From IMG/VR virus record IMGVR_UViG_3300024581_003939, positions 3,513 through 67,512 of that record: a DNA stretch of 64,000 bases; one strand, 5' to 3'. Both the position numbers and the translations under genes were made by a program. Within the stretch, counting starts at the first letter, position 1. Every line of letters starts with the position of its first letter. This document shows, in pieces, positions 9,396-18,814 of this stretch. The stretch comes from a virus. The notes below the pieces were generated by a model. That model did not search any database and was not told the DNA's origin. It was given only the letters and a program-made list of their open reading frames with translations.

Positions 9396-9703
9396 AATAA
9401 AAACTCCAGATTGTTTCCGCAAAGATCTTTTAAATAGCAAGACTCACTGCCATCGCGGTGTGTATGAAAAGTATGTCCTGCGTCAATTAAAGAATTTCTA
9501 TGCATGTCATCTATTTCAAAAGCAACGTGTGGAGGATGCTGACTAGGCAGTACAAAAGCTATTTTTACTCCACCTACTGATAACAGCGACCATGTATTGT
9601 CTTGATAAAGAATTTCTGCATCATATTGATCACAATACCATTTGACATTATTCTTCATCATAGCTTCTGTGGGAACAGTCAAAGCAATGTGATCAAAATT
9701 CAT
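9365..9703 (-). CDS. VOC/glyoxalase-family protein
   Basis: FDHIALTV...HVAFEI...YLKDLCGNNLEF. Confidence 0.8.
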   Translation of the reverse strand: MNFDHIALTVPTEAMMKNNVKWYCDQYDAEILYQDNTWSLLSVGGVKIAFVLPSQHPPHVAFEIDDMHRNSLIDAGHTFHTHRDGSESCYLKDLCGNNLEFLFWPKKKNIKN

Positions 9704-9840
9704 TTTTTAATATCCTCGATTGTTATTAATTTTTCGCAAGATCTACTAGTCATGATTGAACCTCCCGGTCCTAACCAAGTCCACTCAGTTACTTTATAAG
9801 TGTGTACACCGTGCTGTACATACTTCACCTCTTTCTTCAT
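9700..9840 (-). CDS. 46-aa hypothetical protein (not in ORF track)
   Basis: GAGGAG RBS; MKKEVKYVQHGVHTYKVTEWTWLGPGG...; ATGA overlaps at both ends. Confidence 0.55.
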   Translation of the reverse strand: MKKEVKYVQHGVHTYKVTEWTWLGPGGSIMTSRSCEKLITIEDIKK

Positions 9841-10631
9841 GCAGCCTCCTCAGTCGCATTGTTTTCAAAGCTTTCAAAAACAACTGAATATTTAGGATTA
9901 TTCTCCCAATAAACAATTCGATCACGAAGCTTATTAATTGATTTTTCATATCTAATCTTTTCATTCGATAAGATTTGTTCTGTTTTTTCTTTGAGTTTGA
10001 CAGCTTTTTCTGAGCATTTACTTAAGCGTTCTTCCAGCTCCAAGATTCTTGCATCTCTTTCTGCAATTTTTCCGACTAGTTCCGCCTGAACCTTAGCGAT
10101 ATTGTCGACTGACACATTAATCATGTCACCTACAAGTGGAACTAGCTTTTTGAATGCACTGTCTTTTCTCATTCGGGACTTGCCTCGACTTCCGCTAGCA
10201 GGCGGAAAATAATCTTCAGTTGTCAAGCCTTCAAAAAACAAGACAGCGAATTGATCAAACGTATCATTTGCAACTACAAAGACATAGTCGAGTTTTTCTT
10301 TTAGCTTTAAAGTAGCCCAATCTGTCTGGAACGAATACGATACTGTGCCTTTACTTTTACTTCCCGATGTTAATTTACATTCAAGCTCTTTGTCGATATC
10401 ACAGATGACAACGTCGGGTTTGCCAGGGGTACCGTCGTCCAATACCTGATCAAACTTTTTTCTCAGGACTCTTGCTGTTTCTTTTTCTTGAACAGCACTG
10501 AGCAACATATTACGTCGACCAATATTTTCGTGTAGATCGTAGTCATAGTCTGAAAACAAATTTTTAAGCTGGTCTTCAAACTTTTGCATGCTTGTGATAA
10601 TTTCGATTGAGTCTTGTCTTGTCAAATACAT
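9837..10631 (-). CDS. PD-(D/E)xK restriction-endonuclease-like protein with coiled-coil tail
   Basis: KPDVVICDIDKELECKLT. Confidence 0.55.
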   Translation of the reverse strand: MYLTRQDSIEIITSMQKFEDQLKNLFSDYDYDLHENIGRRNMLLSAVQEKETARVLRKKFDQVLDDGTPGKPDVVICDIDKELECKLTSGSKSKGTVSYSFQTDWATLKLKEKLDYVFVVANDTFDQFAVLFFEGLTTEDYFPPASGSRGKSRMRKDSAFKKLVPLVGDMINVSVDNIAKVQAELVGKIAERDARILELEERLSKCSEKAVKLKEKTEQILSNEKIRYEKSINKLRDRIVYWENNPKYSVVFESFENNATEEAA

Positions 10632-10673
10632 AGAATAACCTTTTTTAAAGTGTTAATTGTTGTTACTCTATTA

Positions 10674-10702
10674 GTATATATTATTTATCTTGTTTTTACA
10701 CT
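10674..10702 (-). promoter_or_regulatory. promoter GTGTAA-N17-TATACT
   Basis: read directly upstream of 9837..10631. Confidence 0.55.
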
Positions 10703-12327
10703 TTTGACTTTTTATAAGCAGTCACAAACAAGTCTTTCAATATTGAGCTATACAAACTATTTGACTCGTTTAGATCGTCAGTTTCAGCTTCTAAACTATC
10801 GTCTATTTTTAAGTCTTCTTCAGAAAGACCCCAATTAACTTGCGTTCTTACCATTACCTTCGCGTTTCCAACTCTAAATGTTACTGTATCTTCAAAGTCC
10901 TCAGCGTTACCTTTGGCAAATTGCATAGAAGTTTTAGCCACAAAGGCTTCTATAATATCTTCAGAATTATTTCTTATTGTTGACTCTACCCATTTAAAAT
11001 CTGGAGTTTGCTCTGTATTTAAATTACCAAATTTTTGAACATACTGATGAAGAATTTTATTGTCATAGTCACTAGATACGTCAGGATCAGATGTGTCACT
11101 TAATTGTGGGCTTGCTGTAACATCGCTAATTAGCAAGACAAATCTTAACAGCATAGAGTTAACTACTGCTATTTGTGTCTTGCTAGTATCTCCTCTATTA
11201 GATATAAAAACATAGTACTTGTTAACATTGTCTTCAGGAAATGATGCGTGAAGCCCTCTTTCGATTGTGTTTGGGCTTTTCGAAGATTTACATTCTATTT
11301 TGATATTATCGTTCATAACAATATCAGTTCCAGTTGAATCGATATGACTAGTTGTCTTATTAGAGAGTATATGAAAAAAATGTGCTACGGCAATCTCTAC
11401 GTCATCTCCTGTCGGTAAGATACAATTTTCCATAATGTAATGATATACTTCACCTGGGTTGCTCATATTTAATGCTTTATAAGCTCTCGTCACAACAGAA
11501 TTTTCAACTAGTGTAATCCCTTTAGACTTATCTGCGTTATACGCATACAATGAATGACTCTCTTTAGCTTGGAGACTTTTGGTGTTTCCAAATACATTTG
11601 CTCCCCAAGGCCACTTCGTCTTAAGTTCTTGAGCGATACGTTCCTTATCTAGAGATTCGTTATCAGCTATGTAGTTTTGTAATGCATCCGGTATTATACT
11701 AGTAGGCTGCAATAGTTGATCTTCAACATATTCTTGATAGGCATCTTCCAACGGGTTTTTTTCAGGGCGCCCTAAGATATCCCTAATTTTTTGATCAAGT
11801 TTTTTCTGACCTTCACTAGTTGAAGCAGGGATAAATCCGGATTGAATTGCAAGATATATATCTTTCATGACATCATCAGCATAAAAGTCTTCTGACTTTA
11901 TATGCAAAAATCTTATTTTATTAAAAATGTTTTTAGCAATATCACCCTTTGTTTTGCTAGTCCTAGGCGATCTAGTAGGATCTAGACTCGGCTCCATACG
12001 AGGATGTGTACCGAGCCTAGGATAATCTACAGTTGCAGGTACTTTAATTTTTCTTCTTTTGTTTTTAGGGTCTTGAACTTTATCTGTTGCTTGAGCTGGG
12101 TATTGTCCCATTTCTATTTGAAACTCTCCAAGACCGGACAACTGACTCGGGTCTTGCATGAGCTTGTATACTTCCCAAGCATTTCTAAGATGTTCGTCAG
12201 AAAACCATGGCTCATTTGCAAACTCAGTACCGCTTTTATTAGTTGGATCCTCTCCACCGGGTACAGCTTCCTGGATCATATTTTCCATAATCTTCTTAAG
12301 TCTAGCTTCTGATATAATTGTTTTCAT
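10696..12327 (-). CDS. protein with PD-(D/E)xK nuclease-like domain and virion-type leader
   Basis: GTDIVMNDNIKIECKSS; N-terminus MKTIISEARLKKIMENMIQE. Confidence 0.5.
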   Translation of the reverse strand: MKTIISEARLKKIMENMIQEAVPGGEDPTNKSGTEFANEPWFSDEHLRNAWEVYKLMQDPSQLSGLGEFQIEMGQYPAQATDKVQDPKNKRRKIKVPATVDYPRLGTHPRMEPSLDPTRSPRTSKTKGDIAKNIFNKIRFLHIKSEDFYADDVMKDIYLAIQSGFIPASTSEGQKKLDQKIRDILGRPEKNPLEDAYQEYVEDQLLQPTSIIPDALQNYIADNESLDKERIAQELKTKWPWGANVFGNTKSLQAKESHSLYAYNADKSKGITLVENSVVTRAYKALNMSNPGEVYHYIMENCILPTGDDVEIAVAHFFHILSNKTTSHIDSTGTDIVMNDNIKIECKSSKSPNTIERGLHASFPEDNVNKYYVFISNRGDTSKTQIAVVNSMLLRFVLLISDVTASPQLSDTSDPDVSSDYDNKILHQYVQKFGNLNTEQTPDFKWVESTIRNNSEDIIEAFVAKTSMQFAKGNAEDFEDTVTFRVGNAKVMVRTQVNWGLSEEDLKIDDSLEAETDDLNESNSLYSSILKDLFVTAYKKSKV

Positions 12328-12651
12328 TTAAATAAACCTTTGAGCAAATACAACAGCTGCCATCATAAATTGTATTACAGCAAAAATAGTGACCGCTTTT
12401 GTCTTGAAGAGTTTTAATTCTTCTACTTCTTCTTTTAGCTTCTCTATTTGTGTGGGTGATGCAACTTCATCAATTCTTTCTTTCCATTTGACTAGTTCTT
12501 GAACTTTGTCTTCTCGGGCTCTGATATCAGTTATCTCCCTTTTCATTTCGTTCATACTGTCATTTAGTTCTTTGATTCCTTGCGCTAATGTCTCTAATTC
12601 TTTCAAAACTAAGCGTGAGTACTCACCCCATCCGTTACTATCATTTGTCAT
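12328..12651 (-). CDS. coiled-coil protein with C-terminal TM helix
   Basis: MTNDSNGWGEYSRLVLKEL... ending AVTIFAVIQFMMAAVVFAQ. Confidence 0.65.
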   Translation of the reverse strand: MTNDSNGWGEYSRLVLKELETLAQGIKELNDSMNEMKREITDIRAREDKVQELVKWKERIDEVASPTQIEKLKEEVEELKLFKTKAVTIFAVIQFMMAAVVFAQRFI

Positions 12652-12871
12652 CTTCTTCGTCCTCAGGTTCAACAACACATATCAAGTCTTCAAGTGCATT
12701 AACTATGTCTTCTTTTTTAATCTTTTCAGACTCAGCTTGTTTAACTAAGTCTTTTAAATTATTAACGAGCCAGTCTTGCAAATAAAAAATTTCTGAAAAT
12801 TTATCTCTTTTTTTGCAAAGCGTCTCTCTCATTTTATGAAGCTGTTCGAATCTATCCGATATTTCGCTCAT
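12641..12871 (-). CDS. hypothetical protein
   Basis: 76-aa helical ORF, coupled to upstream gene. Confidence 0.55.
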   Translation of the reverse strand: MSEISDRFEQLHKMRETLCKKRDKFSEIFYLQDWLVNNLKDLVKQAESEKIKKEDIVNALEDLICVVEPEDEEDDK

Positions 12872-13113
12872 AGTCTTCTCCTGATTGACTCTCTAATCAT
12901 GTGTCTTAATATTGCTTCGGATAATTTAGCTCTTGGGTTGTCGTCATCGATCAATCCCATGTCTTTAAGATAATCGCCTATTTGTTTATATACGGGCTTT
13001 TTACTATCAACGTATCCTCCACTATGACCATGTGGCCAACCACCGTGGGATGTAGGACGATCTAAATACAAGTCTTTAATAGTTGATTTTTTACTTTTAC
13101 TTTTTTTTGACAC
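12868..13113 (-). CDS. hypothetical protein (LDRPTSHGGWP motif)
   Basis: GTG start after GGAG; C-terminus LSEAILRHMIRESIRRRL. Confidence 0.6.
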   Translation of the reverse strand: MSKKSKSKKSTIKDLYLDRPTSHGGWPHGHSGGYVDSKKPVYKQIGDYLKDMGLIDDDNPRAKLSEAILRHMIRESIRRRL

Positions 13114-13175
13114 TAAAATACTCCAACTGCAACATAACATAACTATAAAGACGAGAGAATATATTCTTGACTAAT

Positions 13176-13385
13176 TTATGTATTGTCTTTTGTTAGATCT
13201 TGCCTTTTTGCTGTTACGATTTCTCCCGTATCAGATCTTCTAAATCTAACCCACATTTGTTTTGAAAGTGTTCCCGGGCCAATATTTGCTGTTATAGTTT
13301 TATAAAAAACTTCAGTTACTAATCCGGATACACCCATGTTGTAAGTCATAAAGACTTTATCGCCTTCTCTTAAAAAATTAGACAT
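13176..13385 (-). CDS. small SH3-like protein
   Basis: LREGDKV...GLVTEV; GAGG RBS. Confidence 0.55.
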   Translation of the reverse strand: MSNFLREGDKVFMTYNMGVSGLVTEVFYKTITANIGPGTLSKQMWVRFRRSDTGEIVTAKRQDLTKDNT

Positions 13386-13432
13386 ATTTTTATTTACCTC
13401 GTATAATAGTTAGTATAGGGAGATCAAGTGAT

Positions 13433-14290
13433 ATGTTAATAAAAAAGAGAAACCTAGAAAGATTAATCAAAGACTTTTTGAGAGAAAACGAAGATAAAAA
13501 CAAAGAAAGACATACCGGGAATACCGTCTTTTATTGGAATAACACAGATAACCAAATTGACTATGCTTTTGATTGGAAAATCTTGGCTGATAAAAAAGTC
13601 GTACCTAGTTCTGATGCTGACATGATTGTTGGTAAGTGTGAACAAAATCATTGTTCACAATGGGTTTCAGATTCTTTTGGAAGAGAAATAAGAATCGGAA
13701 ATGCATGGCATGCTGATCGATTAATATCTGACGTAGGAATGCCAATTATCAAATACGCTTCTCATCATGATCCGGAATACGTAAATGATAATTTCTTGAA
13801 GCATGCTAGTTGGTGCTTTACAAGAATAAATGAAAATCCTAATAAGCAAACTATGTTAGAAAAAACAAAAGAATTGTCGAAAAGCTTAATACCTGATCAA
13901 AGCAAATTTTCTAATCTTGCATTGGGAGATATCGTAGGATTGTATTTTGAATCATCTTCAAACTTTTCAAAAGCATTCTTTGAGTCTGCTACAGGTTATA
14001 CAAGAATGGGGTCGGGAGACATGGAAACTCCGGCTGAATATTTCGTAACTGAAAGTGGTGAACCGTGGAAACAAGAAATGCTAGGAGAGAATATTCAATT
14101 CAAACCTAGCAGCAAACTTACCAATTCTAAAATAGGCTTCCCTATTAATACACACATTGGTGTAGTTGGGGCAATACACAATGGTATTCCAATTATTTAC
14201 CACAATGTTCATAGAAACGTTCATGCGGTTGGACTTAATGCCATTGATCAATCAGAGATTAAAATATTCTGGTCAGCAAAAAAGTCTTAA
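13433..14290 (+). CDS. putative CHAP/NlpC-P60-like Cys-His hydrolase with virion-type leader
   Basis: HCSQWVSD, GNAWH, THIGVV, IIYHN; leader MLIKKRNLERLIKDFLRE. Confidence 0.55.
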   Translation: MLIKKRNLERLIKDFLRENEDKNKERHTGNTVFYWNNTDNQIDYAFDWKILADKKVVPSSDADMIVGKCEQNHCSQWVSDSFGREIRIGNAWHADRLISDVGMPIIKYASHHDPEYVNDNFLKHASWCFTRINENPNKQTMLEKTKELSKSLIPDQSKFSNLALGDIVGLYFESSSNFSKAFFESATGYTRMGSGDMETPAEYFVTESGEPWKQEMLGENIQFKPSSKLTNSKIGFPINTHIGVVGAIHNGIPIIYHNVHRNVHAVGLNAIDQSEIKIFWSAKKS

Positions 14291-14295
14291 TGGAT

Positions 14296-15930
14296 TTACA
14301 CAATTAATCTTTTAAAGTCCTCGCAAAACAGTCTTTTGTTTCTGTTGTAGAACCTATCCCAATCACTGTCTAGAATATATGTAATTGCTGTATCTTCAGA
14401 ATTTCTTACGCTTCGACCAACTGACTGAACGACAGTCATTGCTGTTTTAAGCGGGTACCAATCTGGGAATTTGTTCATTCGCTTTTTGACAATTGGATCG
14501 CCTAGCCAAGGATACGGAACTTTACATATTACTTGGAATCTACTTAGATCGCCTTTCAAGTCAACACCTTCAGTCATGGATGGTGACAACAAAACAGTAG
14601 GTTCTTTTGACTTAATATGTTTTTTCAAAACTTCATCTCTATTTTCGCTATTATGAATTAAGATTCTTTTACCTAATTTCCCTTTGATATTGTTTTTGAT
14701 ATAGTTAGCAATGCGGTATGTATGACAATGAATGATTCCTTTTTCGTTTCCGTGCTCTTCCATGATTGCTTTAATTGCTTCTTTTAGTTTTGGTAGTGAA
14801 GCTTCAATAGTTTTAGCACTCATACTTCCAACAGCAGCATTGATAATTGGTCTATTCTCTACTGGAAAAGGTGATGGAATACTAATGGCTTCATATTGAT
14901 CTTTTGGAATTCCTAGCGACTGGGCAAAAGCATCAGCATTAAGAATAGTTGCTGACATTAAAATTACTTTTTGGCCTAGTCTAAAGAGATATTCTTCTGC
15001 ATAATTTGATATATCAATTGCCCTATATATAACTTTAACATAGCCGCGTTTTTCTGTTTCTTGACGTTCCATAACCCAATTTTCTTTATCGTAGTTATCT
15101 AAAAACTTCTTAAGTTTATCAGCATGACCGGTCATCATATCGTACTTTAATGAAAGCGATGACATCTCTTTAATTTTAGATGAGATACCTAATTCTTCAA
15201 TCTGTTTTTCAAAGTGCATAATTTGAGAAGTAAGCTTTGGCTGATACACATTTTCAATCCACTTTACAAAGTTAATGGGTGTTACTTTGTCAGGCCATTT
15301 ACACTTAACAATTTTCTCTGCAAAATATTGACTTACACCTACTTCAACAAAGTTACTAAGTACTTGTTCTGTATTGTGAGCTTCATCGATTACAAGAACT
15401 TTTCTTGGTTTGATACCTCCACTAAAAGTTGATTCAGTTAAGAAGTAAGGGAAGTTTGTAACAGATTCCGGTGACTCAAGAAATGCTGTTTTAGCTTTTT
15501 TGTATCTGCACTGAAACTTACATGTTCTAAAAAAGTCTCCAGTTGTTTTTCCTTCTGCTTTAAGCATTTGCTGTGAAGTTCTACAATCATTAGCTTTATG
15601 ATGCTTACATTGATAGTTTGATGAGGAGTAAACAGACTTCATACTGTCTTCGCTTTTTCCACCAAAATCTTTTTCGTACTGCTCTTGCAATATTTTCTGT
15701 GTTGTCAAAAAGTAAGATCCGTCTGCAAAACCCTCTTTGGTTTCCAATCTGTTGTTAAAATATCTTGCCAGCGTCAAACCAATTGCAGATTTTCCAACAC
15801 CAGTTCCTGCTTCTACGATACAAAAACGCTTATCACTATTTTCAATTGCATTGATTGCGAATTCTATTGCATCACATTGTTCTTTTCTAGGTGACTTGTA
15901 TGGAAAGTACTTTAAATATTCTTTTGTCAT
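14296..15930 (-). CDS. DinG/Rad3/XPD-family Fe-S helicase
   Basis: EAGTGVGKS, four Cys (CKHHKANDC...CKFQC), IDEAH, MSAT, EGVDL, QSVGRSVR. Confidence 0.9.
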   Translation of the reverse strand: MTKEYLKYFPYKSPRKEQCDAIEFAINAIENSDKRFCIVEAGTGVGKSAIGLTLARYFNNRLETKEGFADGSYFLTTQKILQEQYEKDFGGKSEDSMKSVYSSSNYQCKHHKANDCRTSQQMLKAEGKTTGDFFRTCKFQCRYKKAKTAFLESPESVTNFPYFLTESTFSGGIKPRKVLVIDEAHNTEQVLSNFVEVGVSQYFAEKIVKCKWPDKVTPINFVKWIENVYQPKLTSQIMHFEKQIEELGISSKIKEMSSLSLKYDMMTGHADKLKKFLDNYDKENWVMERQETEKRGYVKVIYRAIDISNYAEEYLFRLGQKVILMSATILNADAFAQSLGIPKDQYEAISIPSPFPVENRPIINAAVGSMSAKTIEASLPKLKEAIKAIMEEHGNEKGIIHCHTYRIANYIKNNIKGKLGKRILIHNSENRDEVLKKHIKSKEPTVLLSPSMTEGVDLKGDLSRFQVICKVPYPWLGDPIVKKRMNKFPDWYPLKTAMTVVQSVGRSVRNSEDTAITYILDSDWDRFYNRNKRLFCEDFKRLIV

Positions 15931-15990
15931 TAATTATCCTGGGTTAAGATTGATACTTTATAGTATAACTTATTGCCCAATTAATTACAA
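15931..15990 (-). promoter_or_regulatory. helicase promoter TTGTAA-N17-TATACT with weaker RBS-covering inverted repeat
   Basis: -35 at 15985-15990, -10 at 15962-15967. Confidence 0.65.
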
Positions 15991-16383
15991 ATTAATATTT
16001 TCAAATATCTCTTTTGCGTCTTTTATCTTTTTTGCACCGATCTTGTGCAAAAACAAATAGTATTCATTTATAGATGCACCTGTTTTGTTTAGATCTTGCC
16101 CGCCAAACTTGAGGTATTCACCATAACTGCCTCTTCGCAAATAAAGATTTGAAACGACCTTGGTTCCTGCCGGTCCCTTTTTAAAAGTACAAAAATACTG
16201 GATCTGTTTTATTTTGTGAGGAGTAAGCAATCTCAATTCCGATCTTAAAAATTCAACAATTGATTTTTTAGCATAAGAATTCATATCAATATTGTTAATG
16301 ATATCTGTGTCTAACCATCCGCCTGTTATAGCACCTATAGACTTAAATAGTGATACAGATTTTCTTCTAATTCTTGCTGCCAT
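15985..16383 (-). CDS. hypothetical protein
   Basis: 132-aa ORF with GAGG RBS. Confidence 0.6.
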   Translation of the reverse strand: MAARIRRKSVSLFKSIGAITGGWLDTDIINNIDMNSYAKKSIVEFLRSELRLLTPHKIKQIQYFCTFKKGPAGTKVVSNLYLRRGSYGEYLKFGGQDLNKTGASINEYYLFLHKIGAKKIKDAKEIFENINL

Positions 16384-16384
16384 T

Positions 16385-16870
16385 TTATCCTCTCATTCTT
16401 TTTGTATGCGAATCTGCAATACTTGAAGCCCAGCTTTCAGGTTTAACTTTTAAATCATACCCAGTTCCTGTAACCCACCCCTGTATTATGCTAAGAAATT
16501 TTGACGTCTCATTTTTCTTTTTTGTCCCTACGTCAACATGTACTTGAACATCGGAGTCTGGACAAACTTCTGTTACAAACTGTGCTGTTTTAATTGCCAA
16601 TTCAACTTCTTCTAAAATTTTCTTTTGCAAGTCTCTATAAGACCTAGAGGGTTTTTTGATATTTCGATAGTAATATCTAGCAATGTCGTGTTCTCTATTG
16701 TGAAAAGCTATCACGGCAGTAAAGTTACATTTATGAGAATGTAGCATACTATCTGTACCTACGTAAACTGTACCACCTAGACTAGTATAATCTTTAATCT
16801 CTTCGATGACAAAACTATTTAAGACTATTTTACCGTCTGCGTCTTTCCAATTTTCTGTCACCGAATTCAC
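16385..16870 (-). CDS. RNase H-like DUF458/YkuK-family protein
   Basis: VYVGTDS...EVELAI...QVHVDV...SIADS. Confidence 0.75.
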   Translation of the reverse strand: MNSVTENWKDADGKIVLNSFVIEEIKDYTSLGGTVYVGTDSMLHSHKCNFTAVIAFHNREHDIARYYYRNIKKPSRSYRDLQKKILEEVELAIKTAQFVTEVCPDSDVQVHVDVGTKKKNETSKFLSIIQGWVTGTGYDLKVKPESWASSIADSHTKRMRG

Positions 16871-16913
16871 TCCTTTTGTGTATAATACACAAACACGTCA
16901 ACTATTTATAAGA

Positions 16914-17969
16914 TTATTTTTTATAAGTTTGTTTAAACCACTCTTTTAGTATATCTCTGTTTTCGATTCCTACATCTGCATTCGAGGATTCGTTCAATGT
17001 ATTTTCTTTTTCTACTTCATTAAGACGATCATTTTTACGCTTTTGTCTTTTAAGTTCAGATATTGTGTGCTGAATTAATGACGCTTCTTTTCTGTATTGT
17101 CTTCCTTCTTTTTTTCTGGAATTATAAGAGCCTTTGATATACTGAAGCTCATCAATCATTTCTTGTAAATATCTAGAATAGTCAGCTGTACCCTTATCAG
17201 CTCTCTTAATTTCATTCAGAATAGGAGTAGAAAGTATTTGGAAAATTGAATTCTTTACATTTTCATCCATCCAGCTAGGCAAACCTGACTTAAAAGATTC
17301 AACATCTCCCATCTCTAGATATTCTCTCATTTTAGTTCCGCTAATATCTAACGTTCCGCCTTCACCGCCTCTAGTGAATCTGTCTGGAAAATCAGCACCC
17401 ATAAATGATACTCCAACTGGATCCATAGATCTTAACGCATCTGAATATTTGGGTGGTGAAGACTTAAGCTCAACTGATGGGTCTTTTTTAGAAAACTTAG
17501 GAAGAAGATAATAACCCTGTGTATCTTCTGGATCAGCATAGATATAAAACATATTGTCAGGTCTTACACCAGTATGTGCCAATTCGTTTGCTTCTTTTAA
17601 AAGAGCAAGAACTTTTCCAACAGGGCCTCCACCATATTCAATGTGAATATTGGGAGAAACGCTTTCGTAGTAGTCTTCAATATATGTTGACCAAACTTGT
17701 TGCATTGATTCACCTTTAAGTGCACCTCTATCTCCTAATCCAATAAAAAGAAGGACCCTTCCGTTCGGATCTTGTGCAGCGTCATTGATTGCATGCATAA
17801 TCATTTGATCATGACCAGCATGAAAAGGTTTAGTGCCTCCTGCAAATATATAGTAGTTTTCTCCCGGAACAACTTGAAAGCCTTCGTCACGATATCCTAC
17901 GTATACACCTCTTGCCATCTCATTTAAATTACCATACAGTGCTTCATATATATTTGTTTTTTTGCTCAT
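16914..17969 (-). CDS. HIGH-superfamily cytidylyltransferase-like protein
   Basis: GGTKPFHAGH and ISGTKMRE motifs; N-terminal LNE and C-terminal coiled coil. Confidence 0.75.
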   Translation of the reverse strand: MSKKTNIYEALYGNLNEMARGVYVGYRDEGFQVVPGENYYIFAGGTKPFHAGHDQMIMHAINDAAQDPNGRVLLFIGLGDRGALKGESMQQVWSTYIEDYYESVSPNIHIEYGGGPVGKVLALLKEANELAHTGVRPDNMFYIYADPEDTQGYYLLPKFSKKDPSVELKSSPPKYSDALRSMDPVGVSFMGADFPDRFTRGGEGGTLDISGTKMREYLEMGDVESFKSGLPSWMDENVKNSIFQILSTPILNEIKRADKGTADYSRYLQEMIDELQYIKGSYNSRKKEGRQYRKEASLIQHTISELKRQKRKNDRLNEVEKENTLNESSNADVGIENRDILKEWFKQTYKK

Positions 17970-18814
17970 AAATAACGCTCCCCTCTATCACATAGCATGG
18001 TTATAACTATACCTTCTGGATCGTGTTTTTCAACATATTTTTCTGCTGCCAATATGTTTGCTCCACTACTAATGCCAACCAGAATTCCACTCTCTTTCCA
18101 GAAACGTTTCATTCTCGCAATTGCATCTTCAGTTTTGATCGATATAGTTTCGTCCATCAAAGATCTATTTAATAAGAAGTCAGCACCATCATTGATTCCT
18201 TGAATTCCATGAGTTGCATTGTCTTCAGCAGGCTGAGTTAGGACACACTTTACACCTAGTTTTTTGTCGTCAATGTACTGCTTAATACCCATCATTGTAC
18301 CTCCAGTACCTGCTCCGTGTACAAAAGCGTTCCACTTACCAACCTTATTGATAATTATATCTTTGTGGATCTCTAGAGCTGTTTCCTGTCTATGGCACTC
18401 AACATTTAATGGATTGCTAAACTGCATTGGTGAAAACACATCTGGATCATTTATGAGACTGTCTCTCATATTAATAGCTGCCTGGAATTCATTTGGTCCT
18501 GTTTCAATTATTTCAGCACCAAATGCTTTCATCATTTGTTTGCGTTGCTCTGACATATTGCACGGCATAATAATTGTACAGGGACAGCCTAATGAAGCTG
18601 CATAACTAGCAAGTGCTATTCCAGTATTTCCACTAGTAGCCTCAACAATTCTAGTCACACCTGGATTGATATCTTCTTCAGCTACAGCTCTATCACAAAT
18701 ATACTCAATCATTCTATCTTTGACTGATCCTGTTCTATTGTGAGTTTCAAGCTTTGCCCATATTCTTCCTTCATCATCAATTGATATTAGTGGAGTTCTT
18801 CCTGTAATATTCAT
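17966..18814 (-). CDS. cysK: PLP-dependent cysteine synthase
   Basis: TGSVKDR, TSGNTG, GAGTGGT, IQGI, GISSGAN. Confidence 0.9.
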   Translation of the reverse strand: MNITGRTPLISIDDEGRIWAKLETHNRTGSVKDRMIEYICDRAVAEEDINPGVTRIVEATSGNTGIALASYAASLGCPCTIIMPCNMSEQRKQMMKAFGAEIIETGPNEFQAAINMRDSLINDPDVFSPMQFSNPLNVECHRQETALEIHKDIIINKVGKWNAFVHGAGTGGTMMGIKQYIDDKKLGVKCVLTQPAEDNATHGIQGINDGADFLLNRSLMDETISIKTEDAIARMKRFWKESGILVGISSGANILAAEKYVEKHDPEGIVITMLCDRGERYL

